Part shown: positions 1 through 11,291 of the stretch, piece after piece
Layout: each line of letters starts with the position of its first letter
Position numbering within the stretch: the stretch's first letter is position 1
Program-made: the position numbers and the translations under genes
Notes under the pieces: model-generated
The model's input: only the letters and a program-made list of their open reading frames with translations
Database searches by the model: none
What the model was told of the DNA's origin: nothing
Source of the DNA: Thraustochytrium aureum
Lineage: Eukaryota
Length of the DNA stretch: 44,367 nt
Direction of reading: 5' to 3'
Assembly (NCBI GenBank): GCA_012862495.1
Contig: BLSG01000216.1
Span: 62,986 to 107,352 of the forward strand

Positions 1-40
1 AGCCGCGATTGACAAGGGACAACCGCCGCGGCGCGCGCAG
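1..40 (+). other. Probable 3' end of a spliceosomal intron of the TTLL9 gene
   Basis: TTGAC branch-like motif at 9-13 and GCGCAG acceptor at 35-40. Similarity to TTLL9 starts right after it (G|GAC TTC AAC TGG would complete the conserved WDFxW). The translation upstream of 41 is not TTLL-like. Confidence 0.6.
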
Positions 41-1102
41 GGACTTCAACTGGGCCGACGTCGGGTGGATCCGCGACTTTTTCGACCACATTCAGTTCGA
101 CGAGCGGCAGCGCGTCAACCACTTCCGCAACCACTACGAGCTGACGCGCAAGGACCTCCTGATCAAGAACCTCAAGCGCATGAAGCGGCACTTGGAGCGC
201 AACGACCAGGCCGCAGAGGCCCTCAAGTACGACTTTTTCCCCTCGACGTACGTGCTACCGCAAGAATACAGCTTGTTTTTAGAAGAGTTCAAGCGCAGCG
301 CCGGCGCAACGTGGATCATGAAGCCCATTGGCAAGGCCCAGGGACGCGGGATTTTCCTCTTCAACAAGCTCTCGCAGATCAGCGACTGGAAGAGGGACCA
401 CAAATGGAAGGCCGACGGCCCGCAGGCTGAGACCTACGTGGCCCAGCGCTACGTGCAACGCCCCTACACCGTGGCGGGAAAAAGTTCGACCTGCGCCTCT
501 ACTGCCTCGTCACCTCGTACAGCCCGCTCGTGGTCTACATCCACCGCAACGGGTTTGCCCGTTTCTCAAACCAACGCTACTCGGAGGCCGCAGGGGACCT
601 CAGCAACGCGCACATGCACCTGACAAACTACTCGATCCAGAAAACCGCAGAAAACTATGACGCCGAGCAGGGGATCAAGTGGGGCGTGCATGACCTGCGC
701 GTCTTCCTCATCACGACGCACGGCGAGACCAAAGTGGACAAGCTCTTCGAGGACATCCAGGACCTTATTGTCCGCTCGCTGCTCTCCGTGCAGCAAACCA
801 TCATCCAAGACCGCCACAGCTTCGAGCTCTACGGGTTTGACGTCCTCTTTGACCAGGACCTCAAGCCGTGGCTCATCGAGGTGAACGCCTCGCCGTCCCT
901 GACAAAGTCGAATGACGAGGACCACCAGCTCAAGTACGACGTGCTCAACGATTTGGTGGACGTCATCGACATCGAGGGCAACCGCCGCGGCGACGAGACG
1001 AGCGTTCGGGGGTTTGACTTGGTCTACGACGGCGTTCCTGTAACGACCAAGAGCAAGCTTGGTTGCTACTACCCGTCGAGTTTTGTGGGCCAGCGGCTGT
1101 GA
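41..1102 (+). CDS. TTLL9: Tubulin polyglutamylase TTLL9-like (5'-partial; one -1 frameshift near 473-483)
   Basis: Motifs VNHFRNHYELTRKDLLIKNLKR and WIMKPIGKAQGRGIFLF, then after the shift KFDLRLYCLVTSYSPL, HLTNYSIQK and FELYGFDVLFDQDLKPWLIEVNASPSL. These define a TTL domain, closest to TTLL9 by my recall. Joins ORFs 9..623 and 530..1102. Confidence 0.88.
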
Positions 1103-1299
1103 TGTTGAGGGTCTTGCCGGGCTCGCGCGAGAGCTTGCCGCGGTCGCTTTGCTTCGCCCGGCGAACAAGGCAACTCGGTTCCATGTACTTGGTCGAATAG
1201 CGATCTGTAAACTCTAAACATCAACTAAACCAGCGCACGCAGCAGCGCTAATGCGGGAATTTACGAAGGGCGGGCCGCGACCCCCACTTGCCGACGAGG

Positions 1300-1505
1300 C
1301 AAGTCATGGGATGCAGCCGCAACGAGCGCCTCTGCAACAGCGGCAGTCGCAACGAGCGCCATCCGCTTCAGCGGCCGCTGCTTCGAGCTAGTCCTGGGAT
1401 CCTGCGACGAGCGCCTCTGCAACAGCGGCCCCTGCAACAGCGGCATCTGCAGCAGCGGCCTCTGCTGCGGCGGTCTCGGCCGCGGCGGCCTCGACGGCAA
1501 CCTCC
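1300..1505. repeat. Degenerate 15-nt (EAAAA-type) tandem repeat with a duplicated ~40-nt block
   Basis: Units such as CTCTGCAACAGCGGC, CCCTGCAACAGCGGC and ATCTGCAGCAGCGGC. ACGAGCGCCTCTGCAACAGCGGC occurs at ~1322 and ~1406. Confidence 0.7.
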
Positions 1506-2298
1506 NNNNNNNNNNNNNNNNNNNNNNNNNNNNNNNNNNNNNNNNNNNNNNNNNNNNNNNNNNNNNNNNNNNNNNNNNNNNNNNNNNNNNNNNNNNNNNN
1601 NNNNNNNNNNNNNNNNNNNNNNNNNNNNNNNNNNNNNNNNNNNNNNNNNNNNNNNNNNNNNNNNNNNNNNNNNNNNNNNNNNNNNNNNNNNNNNNNNNNN
1701 NNNNNNNNNNNNNNNNNNNNNNNNNNNNNNNNNNNNNNNNNNNNNNNNNNNNNNNNNNNNNNNNNNNNNNNNNNNNNNNNNNNNNNNNNNNNNNNNNNNN
1801 NNNNNNNNNNNNNNNNNNNNNNNNNNNNNNNNNNNNNNNNNNNNNNNNNNNNNNNNNNNNNNNNNNNNNNNNNNNNNNNNNNNNNNNNNNNNNNNNNNNN
1901 NNNNNNNNNNNNNNNNNNNNNNNNNNNNNNNNNNNNNNNNNNNNNNNNNNNNNNNNNNNNNNNNNNNNNNNNNNNNNNNNNNNNNNNNNNNNNNNNNNNN
2001 NNNNNNNNNNNNNNNNNNNNNNNNNNNNNNNNNNNNNNNNNNNNNNNNNNNNNNNNNNNNNNNNNNNNNNNNNNNNNNNNNNNNNNNNNNNNNNNNNNNN
2101 NNNNNNNNNNNNNNNNNNNNNNNNNNNNNNNNNNNNNNNNNNNNNNNNNNNNNNNNNNNNNNNNNNNNNNNNNNNNNNNNNNNNNNNNNNNNNNNNNNNN
2201 NNNNNNNNNNNNNNCGACCCGTACCCAAACAGCCACACGTCGTCGGGGCTCTCGGGCTTGCCGCCCTCAACGTGCACGTCGCCAGAGCTGTGGGCCAT
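1388..2298 (-). CDS. ChaC-like glutathione-specific gamma-glutamylcyclotransferase (mostly in the gap), Ala/Glu-rich tail
   Basis: ATG at 2298 gives MAHSSGDVHVEGGKPESPDDVWLFGYGS; WxFGYGS is the N-terminal ChaC/GGCT signature. About 709 N follow, then an EAAAA-type tail ending in TAG at 1388-1390. Linkage of the two ends across the gap is assumed. Confidence 0.62.
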
Positions 2299-2656
2299 TC
2301 CGCGACCGACGCGGACCTCGACCCCTCCACAGCGAAAGGCAACGAACGAACCGGCCACTCGCCTGCTAGCGTGACTGGCTCCGCCGCCCGCTCGTGTGCA
2401 GCTTCGATGGCCTCGCTTGCGTGCAAGTGAGTTGCGAGGCAGAAGCCGCTCTGCTCGGGCGTCGGCTTCAGAAGGAGGTTTTTCGTCCTGTCACGCAAAG
2501 CACCGCGCAGACACCTACCTACATTGACGCACGCCGATGCTGCCACGGGCAACCCGAGCGCTGGGAAAGGTCGAGCGTGGGCAAGCTCGTGATCGATCAG
2601 TTTTGTTTTGGTTGTTACCTCTGCCTGCGGGAGTCTGAAGTGGCTGGCATGGCAGC

Positions 2657-3540
2657 TCACAGGCCGTATGCGGCGAAAAAGTCGACCGGCGTGGACGTCG
2701 CCGCGTCCTGGTATGCTCCCAGAATTCGCGCTTTGTGGAGCTCGAACGCGTCCAAGCTGCTGCCAGGCTTGTCGTCGCCCCCGTCTCGATTTTCAAGTGT
2801 TTGTTTTTCAAGGGCGCAGGCAAATGTCGCTCGGGGCGACACGTCGCAGACTCGATTTCCCCAGCGCCAGGTTCGCCTGGGCAAGCGCTCGCTTCCCCCG
2901 AGGCCTCGGCGGGCTCGCCGACCTTCCTGGCACCAAGTGCAGACTGCTGCTTGGGCCTGCGGCAGGTCCGCAATGACGCGCCGCGAGCGCTTTGTCCCGA
3001 TTTCTGCTGTGAAAGTGGCGTCGCCAAAGACGCGGGCGCCTGTTCCGCTTGTGGCGCCACAGACTCCGCTGGAGCAGCGCTCGGGTTGAACCAGCGTAGC
3101 TCGACGTACTTGTGCTTGATGTGTTGAGCTACCTCGGCTCTGCAAGCGCCCTGCCGTGGCTGCGCCGTCGACGAGCCGAGGTACAGCTTGTTTGCGCGCC
3201 GATTTCCCATCGTTGCCATCGCTGCGATCTCGTCAGCAAACCAGAGGTAGGTCCCGCTCGTGGACGACTTGACTCTGCTGATGTGCGTGCCAATGCCGCG
3301 GTGGACCTGGGCGCAGTCGATACAAACGAAAACGCCGTGCGGCAGGACAGCCCAACCGGGCTGCTTCACGCCACAGTCTGCGCAGCTGTCGTTGCCTGGC
3401 CGCCGGGAAAGCTTTTTCAGCACAGCGTGCATCGCCTTGTCGTTGAGTTTGGCCGAGTCCTTTTCCGACACGCTTCGCTGTGACAGCGGCTTGATTACCG
3501 GAAGCGCCATCGCGGGCTGGAGTACAGATTTGGGAATCAT
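2657..3540 (-). CDS. ArfGAP zinc-finger domain protein (probable -1 frameshift near 2780; start at 3540 or 3510)
   Basis: GNDSCADCGVKQPGWAVLPHGVFVCIDCAQVHRGIGTHISRVKS (CxxC-x16-CxxC-x4-R), MGNRRAN and IKHKYVELRW. The likely true C-terminus (...DFFAAYGL*) lies in the neighbouring frame, ORF 2657..3145. Confidence 0.88.
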
Positions 3541-4089
3541 CCTCAAGAACTCTCGTACTACTGGTACACCCGAAGACGAACTCGAACTGGCGCGGGGCGG
3601 GCAGGCTTAGACGGATGCGTTTCGGTTTTGGCCCCAGTCGCCATTCTTGCAGCGTCCCGAAGTCGGGCGGCCCAGGCTCTGGTCGCACTGCGATGGCAGC
3701 GGTCCGGAAACAGCCATGCAGTGACCACGTCAGCGAGCAACTTGCTCATTTTAATGTGCGAGCGGATCACCGACCACGTGTTCCAAGAACCCACTGAACA
3801 AAACCGAGAAGCTCGAGTGCTTGCTTGCTCACTACCGGCACTACCCGTGCTGGCCATGGCCGCATCCGGCCGCTGCAACGCCCCGGGCGACCACGCACGC
3901 CTGCAGCCTGCATGAAACCTGAACTGAAAGTGTGTTATTCTTCGTTTTTTCCTTTTCTTCGAGTTCGCGGGGTTTGAACGCGCGACGCCAAGGTGATACG
4001 AACAGGCTCAGCGCCAAGTCGCTCCACACGAGCTCGGTCCTGGGCAGAACGGGTTGCAGGGACCGGCCCGGCCGGCCACGGCAGCGGCG

Positions 4090-7000
4090 ATGGAGCGCGT
4101 CCTGGACGCCCTCCTGAGCGGGCAAACGACCGCCGCAGAGATCGTCCTCCAGTGCTCCAATGGCGCCCCCATCAAGGTGCGCAAGAGCGACTCCATGCCC
4201 GCAAGGGCCGGCGCCGAGGAGGAGGACGACGCGACCAGCGTGCTTGCGGCGGACGCCTTCGTTTGGCGTTCGTGCAGATGGTGAGGATGCAGGCTGCAGA
4301 GCTGGTGGACGGCGCTGCGGCCCCAGAAGGCTCCCGCACCGGATGAGCCGCTCGGCGGAAGCAAGCCTGAGGCGAAAGATATCGGTAGATGGGACAGTTG
4401 CGAAGGTGCCGCAAGCCAGACTNNNNNNNNNNNNNNNNNNNNNNNNNNNNNNNNNNNNNNNNNNNNNNNNNNNNNNNNNNNNNNNNNNNNNNNNNNNNNN
4501 NNNNNNNNNNNNNNNNNNNNNNNNNNNNNNNNNNNNNNNNNNNNNNNNNNNNNNNNNNNNNNNNNNNNNNNNNNNNNNNNNNNNNNNNNNNNNNNNNNNN
4601 NNNNNNNNNNNNNNNNNNNNTCAAGTCCGCGCCTCGTTTGGAGAGCGCAACCTGGCCTCGCCGGTCCCGTTCCTCGGCGAGCGCAGCCGGCTGCGCGCGG
4701 CGGGCCTGAGCCCGCCCAAGCTGAATCTCTCCGCAGGAGAAATTCCCGCGCTCTCGCTTTTGGGGATCCGCCCAGCCGACAGGCGGCGCGTCTCGGAGCT
4801 CGCTCGCTTGTACGCCGGCCTCGTCAAGCACGGCTGCATCGCAAACACCATGGCGGAGCTGCAATTCTTGTTCAGGCTCCTTGCCTTTCTCGAAGACGCT
4901 CCCGCAAAGACCCCGCCGCGAAGCCGCCCAGACGCCGCCGCCGCCGCCGCCGCCTCTGATGGCAAAGATGCAGAGGGCGCAAAGCGGGTAGAGCGCCAAG
5001 GACCGAGTAGCTCGGCGCGAATCGCCCCAGAGGCGTCCCACTGGATTCAGTTCGTGTGCACCGCCCTGCGCGAGCTCGAGCCTTGCCTGTGGGCCCTTGG
5101 GCCTGGCGTTTGCAACTTGCTCACAAAATTCTCGACTCTACAAGCGCACGCAGGCATCGTTGTGCAAAAGATCGTCGCGAAGCGAGAGGCAACGCTTGGG
5201 TTGGCTCCCGACGCTGCAACCCACGACGCCGAAGGGGGGAGCGAGGCTTGGCCCTCCGCGCTGGGGTTTTCGCTGCCGTTCCGCATGGACACCGACTCGA
5301 GGCACCACTTCAAGACAAAGGAGCTCTCGCGCTTGTACAGCAATCGCGAGGCGGTTCGGGACAGCTTTTTGCGATGCCTCCGGGGCTTTCGCGAGTCGCG
5401 CAACCGCCTTGAGGGATCAGCAGAGGCCGTGTCGCGGCAGATCCACGCCTGCTATTCCCTTTTGCTTGGGCCGAACCTGCACTGGTTTGCCCAGCTTTTC
5501 GTGTCCGAGCTCGTCCAGGTGTGCGCAGTTCCGCCAAGCGAGCACGACTCCAACATCTCGCGTCTTGCTAAGGACGACCGCAAGCTGTCAAAGCTGCAGG
5601 ACCGGTTTCGGGCTGCGCCGCTGGGCGCGGACGTTGGCGCGACCCTCTCCCAGGCCAAACCGCGCAAGTCAAACCCCTCCAGCTCTGGGCCCGTCGGCAA
5701 GAAGGGCAACCGAGGCAAGAAGCGCGTCCCCGTCTCGTTCCTCGGCACGCCGCCGCCACAGGCGCAGGCGCAGGCGCAGCCAGGCGCGCTGAATGGCGGC
5801 CTTGGCGCCGCGAGTCCGACTCGGGACGCCGAGAGGGAGGGCGCCGCTGTGGTGTCCACCTTGACGCCACGGCGGAAAATCGTCCCCGGCCAAGCTGGCC
5901 GCAAGGCGCCAATTGGCGCGGCATCCGCAGGCAGGGAAGCGGGCGCGCCTGGGGAGACGGCTCGAAGCACGCATCAAGGCCAAGGCCTGGAGAACGGCAG
6001 CCACCCGTCCACTCTCGGCCACCCGATGGAAGCTGCCTTGTTCGAAAACGACGAGGCTTTCTTCCACAAGTTCATCGCAGTTTGTGACAGCCATCGCCTA
6101 AACTCGCTGCTGAAAATCGTCATGGTTTCCGAGCTGCAAAAGCTCAACGTGGCGAGCCACGTTTCGAGCGCTGCGTCAGCAAACCCGGTGCTGTTCCCGC
6201 GCAGGGTGGTGGCGGCAAAGCTGCTCGCCAAGTTTGTGGGCTTCCTCGAGTTCTCGCCGCACTTCTTCACCGACCACGACGCCTACTCGAGCGGCTCGGT
6301 CGCGTTTAGCACGATTTTGTCCGAGGCGATAGAGGCCGTGGACTGCGCTCACTCGGCGCCCATGATGCTCATTCGCGAGAGCATCGCCTCCGCCGTCCGC
6401 GAAGGCACGCTCTGCTTTACGGTTCCGTGGGTGTGCAGCTGCTTGCGCATGCTCGAGCTCGACAGGGTCTCAAGCGCCTCTTCAGCCTTCCGGGACTGTC
6501 TGGGCGCCTTGCGCCGTGTCCGGAACGGCCTCGGAAGGGAAACGGCGCCGGCCCTCTTTGTCGTCGGAGAGATCGAAGCGCTTTTTGCAGCGCTGGACCT
6601 TGAGCAGGAGGGCCGGTCCTGCGTGTCCAAGTCCGCAGCGGGGGAGCGGCGGTGCGCGGCCTCGAGCATGGCCTCGAGTTGGCAGACTCGCGGATCGATG
6701 GCGCTGTGCTGCAGTCAGGGGAGTTTCTGCGGTCAGTGTGGACCTTGGCTGACGGCTTGCGCGCCCAGCTTGCTCGAGCCCTCTCGTCAGCGGCAGCCCA
6801 AGCCTCCGAGTCGGGCCAGGCGGAGGGTTTGGGGGTCGGCCCGGTGCTGGTCACCGACCTCGCAGCGAGAAGCGCAACACAAGTGCGGCGAAAGGTTCGC
6901 CCTACGCTGCGCTTCGGTGACGAGGCAGTCGCAGCCGCCGGCCTGGCCGAGCAGCCGAGGAACGGCACCGTCGATGTGGGCGGCGAGCTTGGGCTGCACC

Positions 7001-8138
7001 CTCGCGGCGCCGCCGGCGCTGCCCTTTCGGGCAAAGCGCTTAGCGACGAACTTGAGGCGTCGTTTCTGCACCAGCACCCGGACGTGCTTCGCATCGTGGA
7101 GTTTAGCGTCGAGACGCTCTCGCGCAACGTCTTTGAAATGGCGCTGCGCCCGTCAAGCCCGCACGTCTCGGAGGCCGTCCGGGAGGCGCTGATGAGCGCG
7201 CGGTCTGATGTGGAGTTTGTGGCCCAGCACAAAGCAGGAACGTCCATTTTGCAAGCTGCTCACGAGCAGCTGCTGGAGCCGAGCGCAAGCATCATCCGAG
7301 GGGCCTGCGCGCCCGATACGCCGGCTGGCGTGCTTTCAGCCGCCATAAACTTGACAAGGAAGCGCGCTGCCGCCCGCGTGGGAAAGCTCTTGCCAACCAA
7401 GCTGCCGGTCGCGATCACCGCTGAGGTCGAGGCGCAGACCCGCCTTCGCGACAAGCGAGCTCGGGAGGAGGCGGTCCCTTGTACGGAGCTGGAGCGCCGG
7501 CTCGACGGCTCGACCTGGCTGCAGTCGGCGTGGGAGGATGTTGTGTCCGGCGACCCACCTAGTGCGCTGTCCGAGCTCGTCGCTCATTTCGTGNNNNNNN
7601 NNNNNNNNNNNNNNNNNNNNNNNNNNNNNNNNNNNNNNNNNNNNNNNNNNNNNNNNNNNNNNNNNNNNNNNNNNNNNNNNNNNNNNNNNNNNNNNNNNNN
7701 NNNNNNNNNNNNNNNNNNNNNNNNNNNNNNNNNNNNNNNNNNNNNNNNNNNNNNNNNNNNNNNNNNNNNNNNNNNNNNNNNNNNNNNNNNNNNNNNNNNN
7801 NNNNNNNNNNNNNNNNNNNNNNNNNNNNNNNNNNNNNNNNNNNNNNNNNNNNNNNNNNNNNNNNNNNNNNNNNNNNNNNNNNNNNNNNNNNNNNNNNNNN
7901 NNNNNNNNNNNNNNNNNNNNNNNNNNNNNNNNNNNNNNNNNNNNNNNNNNNNNNNNNNNNNNNNNNNNNNNNNNNNNNNNNNNNNNNNNNNNNNNNNNNN
8001 NNNNNNNNNNNNNNNNNNNNNNNNNAACTGCCCGAGGCCGTGGAGCGCGAGTGTCGTCTTGCTGTAGAGCGAGCTCGCATGGCGCCTGGCTCTAGGAAGA
8101 GCTGGCCGCGCGATTTTCTGCTCTCGCAAGCTAGCTAG
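4090..8138 (+). CDS. CDAN1: Codanin-1 homologue (frameshifts near 4262, ~4330 and ~6642; two gaps; stop uncertain: 8067, 8095 or 8138)
   Basis: Colinear blocks resembling codanin-1: MERVLDALL, ELQFLFRLL, TDSRHHF..YSNREAVRDSF, WFAQLFVSEL, KLSKLQDRF, FFHKFIAVCDSHRLNSLL, KLLAKFVGFLEF, TVPWV, and the Codanin-1_C-like ELEASFLHQHPDVLRIVEFSVE. Confidence 0.82.
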
Positions 8139-8148
8139 CTAGCTAGCT
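8129..8148. repeat. (AGCT)5 self-complementary microsatellite
   Basis: AGCTAGCTAGCTAGCTAGCT at the convergent CDAN1/ADCK 3' ends. Confidence 0.9.
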
Positions 8149-8316
8149 GGAGTAGAGCTGGACGAGCCGTGCTATGGCTGGCCGATGTGAACTTGCAAAA
8201 AACTGGGAAATGTGTTACTGTCTTTCTCGCTCCCGGCGCGGCGGAAGGGGGGCCCGCTGACGCGGTAGAGTAGGGTTGGTCGGGAAAGCCACCTGAGTAC
8301 CTACAGAAATACGCTG

Positions 8317-10016
8317 TCAGGCGTATGATTCGCCCAAAATGGAAGACATCGTCAGGGCGGGCTGCGGGGCTGCCTTGGCCCGCCCAAGCCCAAGCGCCTC
8401 CAAAATCACTTGGCTGAACGGCCGAACGCGGACCTCGTGCAAGATAAAGCGGCACAAAAACGCGAGCCACGACAGACTCGAGGCAATCCTGGCCAACCAG
8501 CCGAGCGGTGGCCTGCAGGCGCGCTCGCGGGCCGGCCCGCGAGCCAGCAAAACCGTGATGCGTTCAGGGCGCCGCGCATACTCGCCATCCACGGCGTACC
8601 GCGCATACGTCAAAAAACGATTCCTGTTCGTACCTCCGAGGCGGTCGTTCAGGTCCTTGATGAGGTGCCAGACCTTAAGCACGAACACCATGTCGCTTGG
8701 CAGGGCCTCCGCGAGGGCTCCGATCTGGTGCACGCCGACGCGCTCGATGCCGAGCCTTTGGCGAAGCTCGCGCTCCTGCTCTGCGCTCAGGGAGGCGGAC
8801 TCGCCGAGGCCTGCCAGCGTGTCGGCGGAGCGGTTCACAAGCAAGAAGGGCAAAAGCTGCCACAGGTCCGGGACGCCCATTTCTGCCGCACTCTTCTGGA
8901 GCGCGGGCTTGTCCTGCAACAACATTGCCTTCCACAAGCGGCAATTGGAAAGCCGAAAGCCCTCGTCGAGCTCGCGGTAAAGTCCGTGATCGAGCAGAGC
9001 CAGCTTGAACTGCGGCGGTTGGCCGCTCGCCGTGCTGGGCTCGACAAGGACCGAGAGGTTGCCGGGGTGCGGGTCGGCGTGCACAAAACCAAACTTGAAC
9101 ACCATCGCGGCAAATGCCTCCACGACCAAGCCAGCGAGGCGCTCCAGCGGAACCCCGAGCGCGCCCAGGCGGGCCTTGTCGTGGACGGGAACGCCCTCGA
9201 CAAAGTCCATGCAAATCACGCGAGACGTGGTGAGTTCCCAGTGAATGGCAGGCACCTCAATGAGCGCCGCGAGTCGCGGGTCGGCCTTAAAGTTGGCGCG
9301 CGTCCTCGCGCAGTTGTCGGCCTCGGTGAGAAAGTCAAGCTCGAGCGCAAGGTTTTGCTCAAACTCGTCCACCGCCCAAGCGAGCGAAAAGCTCTGCTTT
9401 GAGAAAACCCAAGCGGCCATGCGGTCGAGCGCCTTGACGAGGCGAACGTCGCTGCGCACGACGCGAGGCAAGTCCGAATGCTGCACCTTGAGCGCGACGA
9501 CCTTGCCGTCCTGCAAGGTCGCGCGGTGCACTTGAGCTAGGGAGGCCGCGCCGACGGGCACGGGGTCGATCTCCTTGATGAGTTGGTCTAGGCGCGGGCC
9601 GAGCTCTTTCCGCAGGACCGCGAGGACCTCGCTCTCTGTCCTCTGCGGCGCCTTGTCTTGCAGCACGGCGAGCTTTTCGATGTACTGCGGCGGCACTGCG
9701 CCCTTGAGGCTCGCCGCGTGCTGCCCAAACTTGATAAAAATGCCCCATTCGACCTGCAAAGCTCAAGCACAATCTCAGCGCCCCTCTGGTGCGCCCGCTC
9801 CCTGGCTCCTCGCGCCTCATCCTCATCCCCGGTTGCCCAGGCCGTCTCCCACAGCGTGCGTTTGTACAAGGCCGTCACCTTGGCGAACGCGACGAGCGCC
9901 CTTCCGCACCGCCTGGCCTCCCACCAGCCTCCGCCGCCGGCATCCTCGCGAGCAGCCCACACGTAGACTCCCGCGGCCACGCCAGCAGCTGCCGCAGCCC
10001 GGCGCGGGGCCCACAT
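8317..10016 (-). CDS. ABC1/UbiB-family atypical kinase, ADCK1/ADCK5/Mcp2-like (-1 frameshift near 9745)
   Basis: ATG at 10016 (MWAPRRAAAAAG, transit-peptide-like). Motifs HQRGAEIVLELCRSNG/GIFIKFGQ (KxGQ), PVGAASLAQVHRA, VALKVQH, ELDFLTEADN, FVHADPHPGN and LLDHGLY. Confidence 0.9.
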
Positions 10017-10047
10017 CCTCGCGCTTTCCAGCACTGTCCCGCGCCGT

Positions 10048-10110
10048 CATCCTCCCATCCATCCATCCCGCATCCATCCATCCATCCAACCATCTAATCC
10101 CTCCATCCTC
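10048..10110. repeat. Imperfect (CCAT)n microsatellite at gap edge
   Basis: CCATCCATCCATCCCGCATCCATCCATCCATCCAACCATC directly upstream of the kinase ATG. Confidence 0.8.
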
Positions 10111-11291
10111 CGANNNNNNNNNNNNNNNNNNNNNNNNNNNNNNNNNNNNNNNNNNNNNNNNNNNNNNNNNNNNNNNNNNNNNNNNNNNNNNNNNNNNNNN
10201 NNNNNNNNNNNNNNNNNNNNNNNNNNNNNNNNNNNNNNNNNNNNNNNNNNNNNNNNNNNNNNNNNNNNNNNNNNNNNNNNNNNNNNNNNNNNNNNNNNNN
10301 NNNNNNNNNNNNNNNNNNNNNNNNNNNNNNNNNNNNNNNNNNNNNNNNNNNNNNNNNNNNNNNNNNNNNNNNNNNNNNNNNNNNNNNNNNNNNNNNNNNN
10401 NNNNNNNNNNNNNNNNNNNNNNNNNNNNNNNNNNNNNNNNNNNNNNNNNNNNNNNNNNNNNNNNNNNNNNNNNNNNNNNNNNNNNNNNNNNNNNNNNNNN
10501 NNNNNNNNNNNNNNNNNNNNNNNNNNNNNNNNNNNNNNNNNNNNNNNNNNNNNNNNNNNNNNNNNNNNNNNNNNNNNNNNNNNNNNNNNNNNNNNNNNNN
10601 NNNNNNNNNNNNNNNNNNNNNNNNNNNNNNNNNNNNNNNNNNNNNNNNNNNNNNNNNNNNNNNNNNNNNNNNNNNNNNNNNNNNNNNNNNNNNNNNNNNN
10701 NNNNNNNNNNNNNNNNNNNNNNNNNNNNNNNNNNNNNNNNNNNNNNNNNNNNNNNNNNNNNNNNNNNNNNNNNNNNNNNNNNNNNNNNNNNNNNNNNNNN
10801 NNNNNNNNNNNNNNNNNNNNNNNNNNNNNNNNNNNNNNNNNNNNNNNNNNNNNNNNNNNNNNNNNNNNNNNNNNNNNNNNNNNNNNNNNNNNNNNNNTTG
10901 ATTTTTTTGTCGTTTGGTGGTTGTTTGAGGCTCGAGCCTCCGCGTGCACGTTCAAGTGCCGGCACGCCAGCCATGACCCGCGCGAGCATGCAATGCTCGC
11001 GCGCCAGGCTTGCTCTAAGAAGAAAAAACGGAAAACAGGCCGAGGACCTGTTTCTACGTGAGTGGTGAGTGGTGCTGCCCGACGAAGGAGCTGGAAGAAT
11101 ATGGGACACACTTGCCGCAGGTCAAGCCACGGCAGGCGTCGAACTCGATCACGACGTATAGAAGTAGTAGCAGCGGAAGCGGACACCGAGTGCGCTTGGC
11201 GGTCGCTCGCTTCGACTCGACTCTGGTCGAGGGCGTTGTAGTCATTTGTGTGAGTGTTGCTGTGCACGAATCCAGAACGAGACGCACGGCA

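Noticed and set aside
476..482. G_GGA_AAA canonical -1 slippery heptamer exactly at the TTLL9 frame break
   Set aside because: It fits programmed -1 frameshifting in isolation, but the other breaks share no motif, occur in both directions and sit in ordinary homopolymers. One missing G or A explains it.
1261..2660. Long ORFs spanning N-gaps (also 9575..11068, 11649..13814, 26817..28940)
   Set aside because: Their length comes from X runs, and the flanking translations are low-complexity or antisense to real genes.
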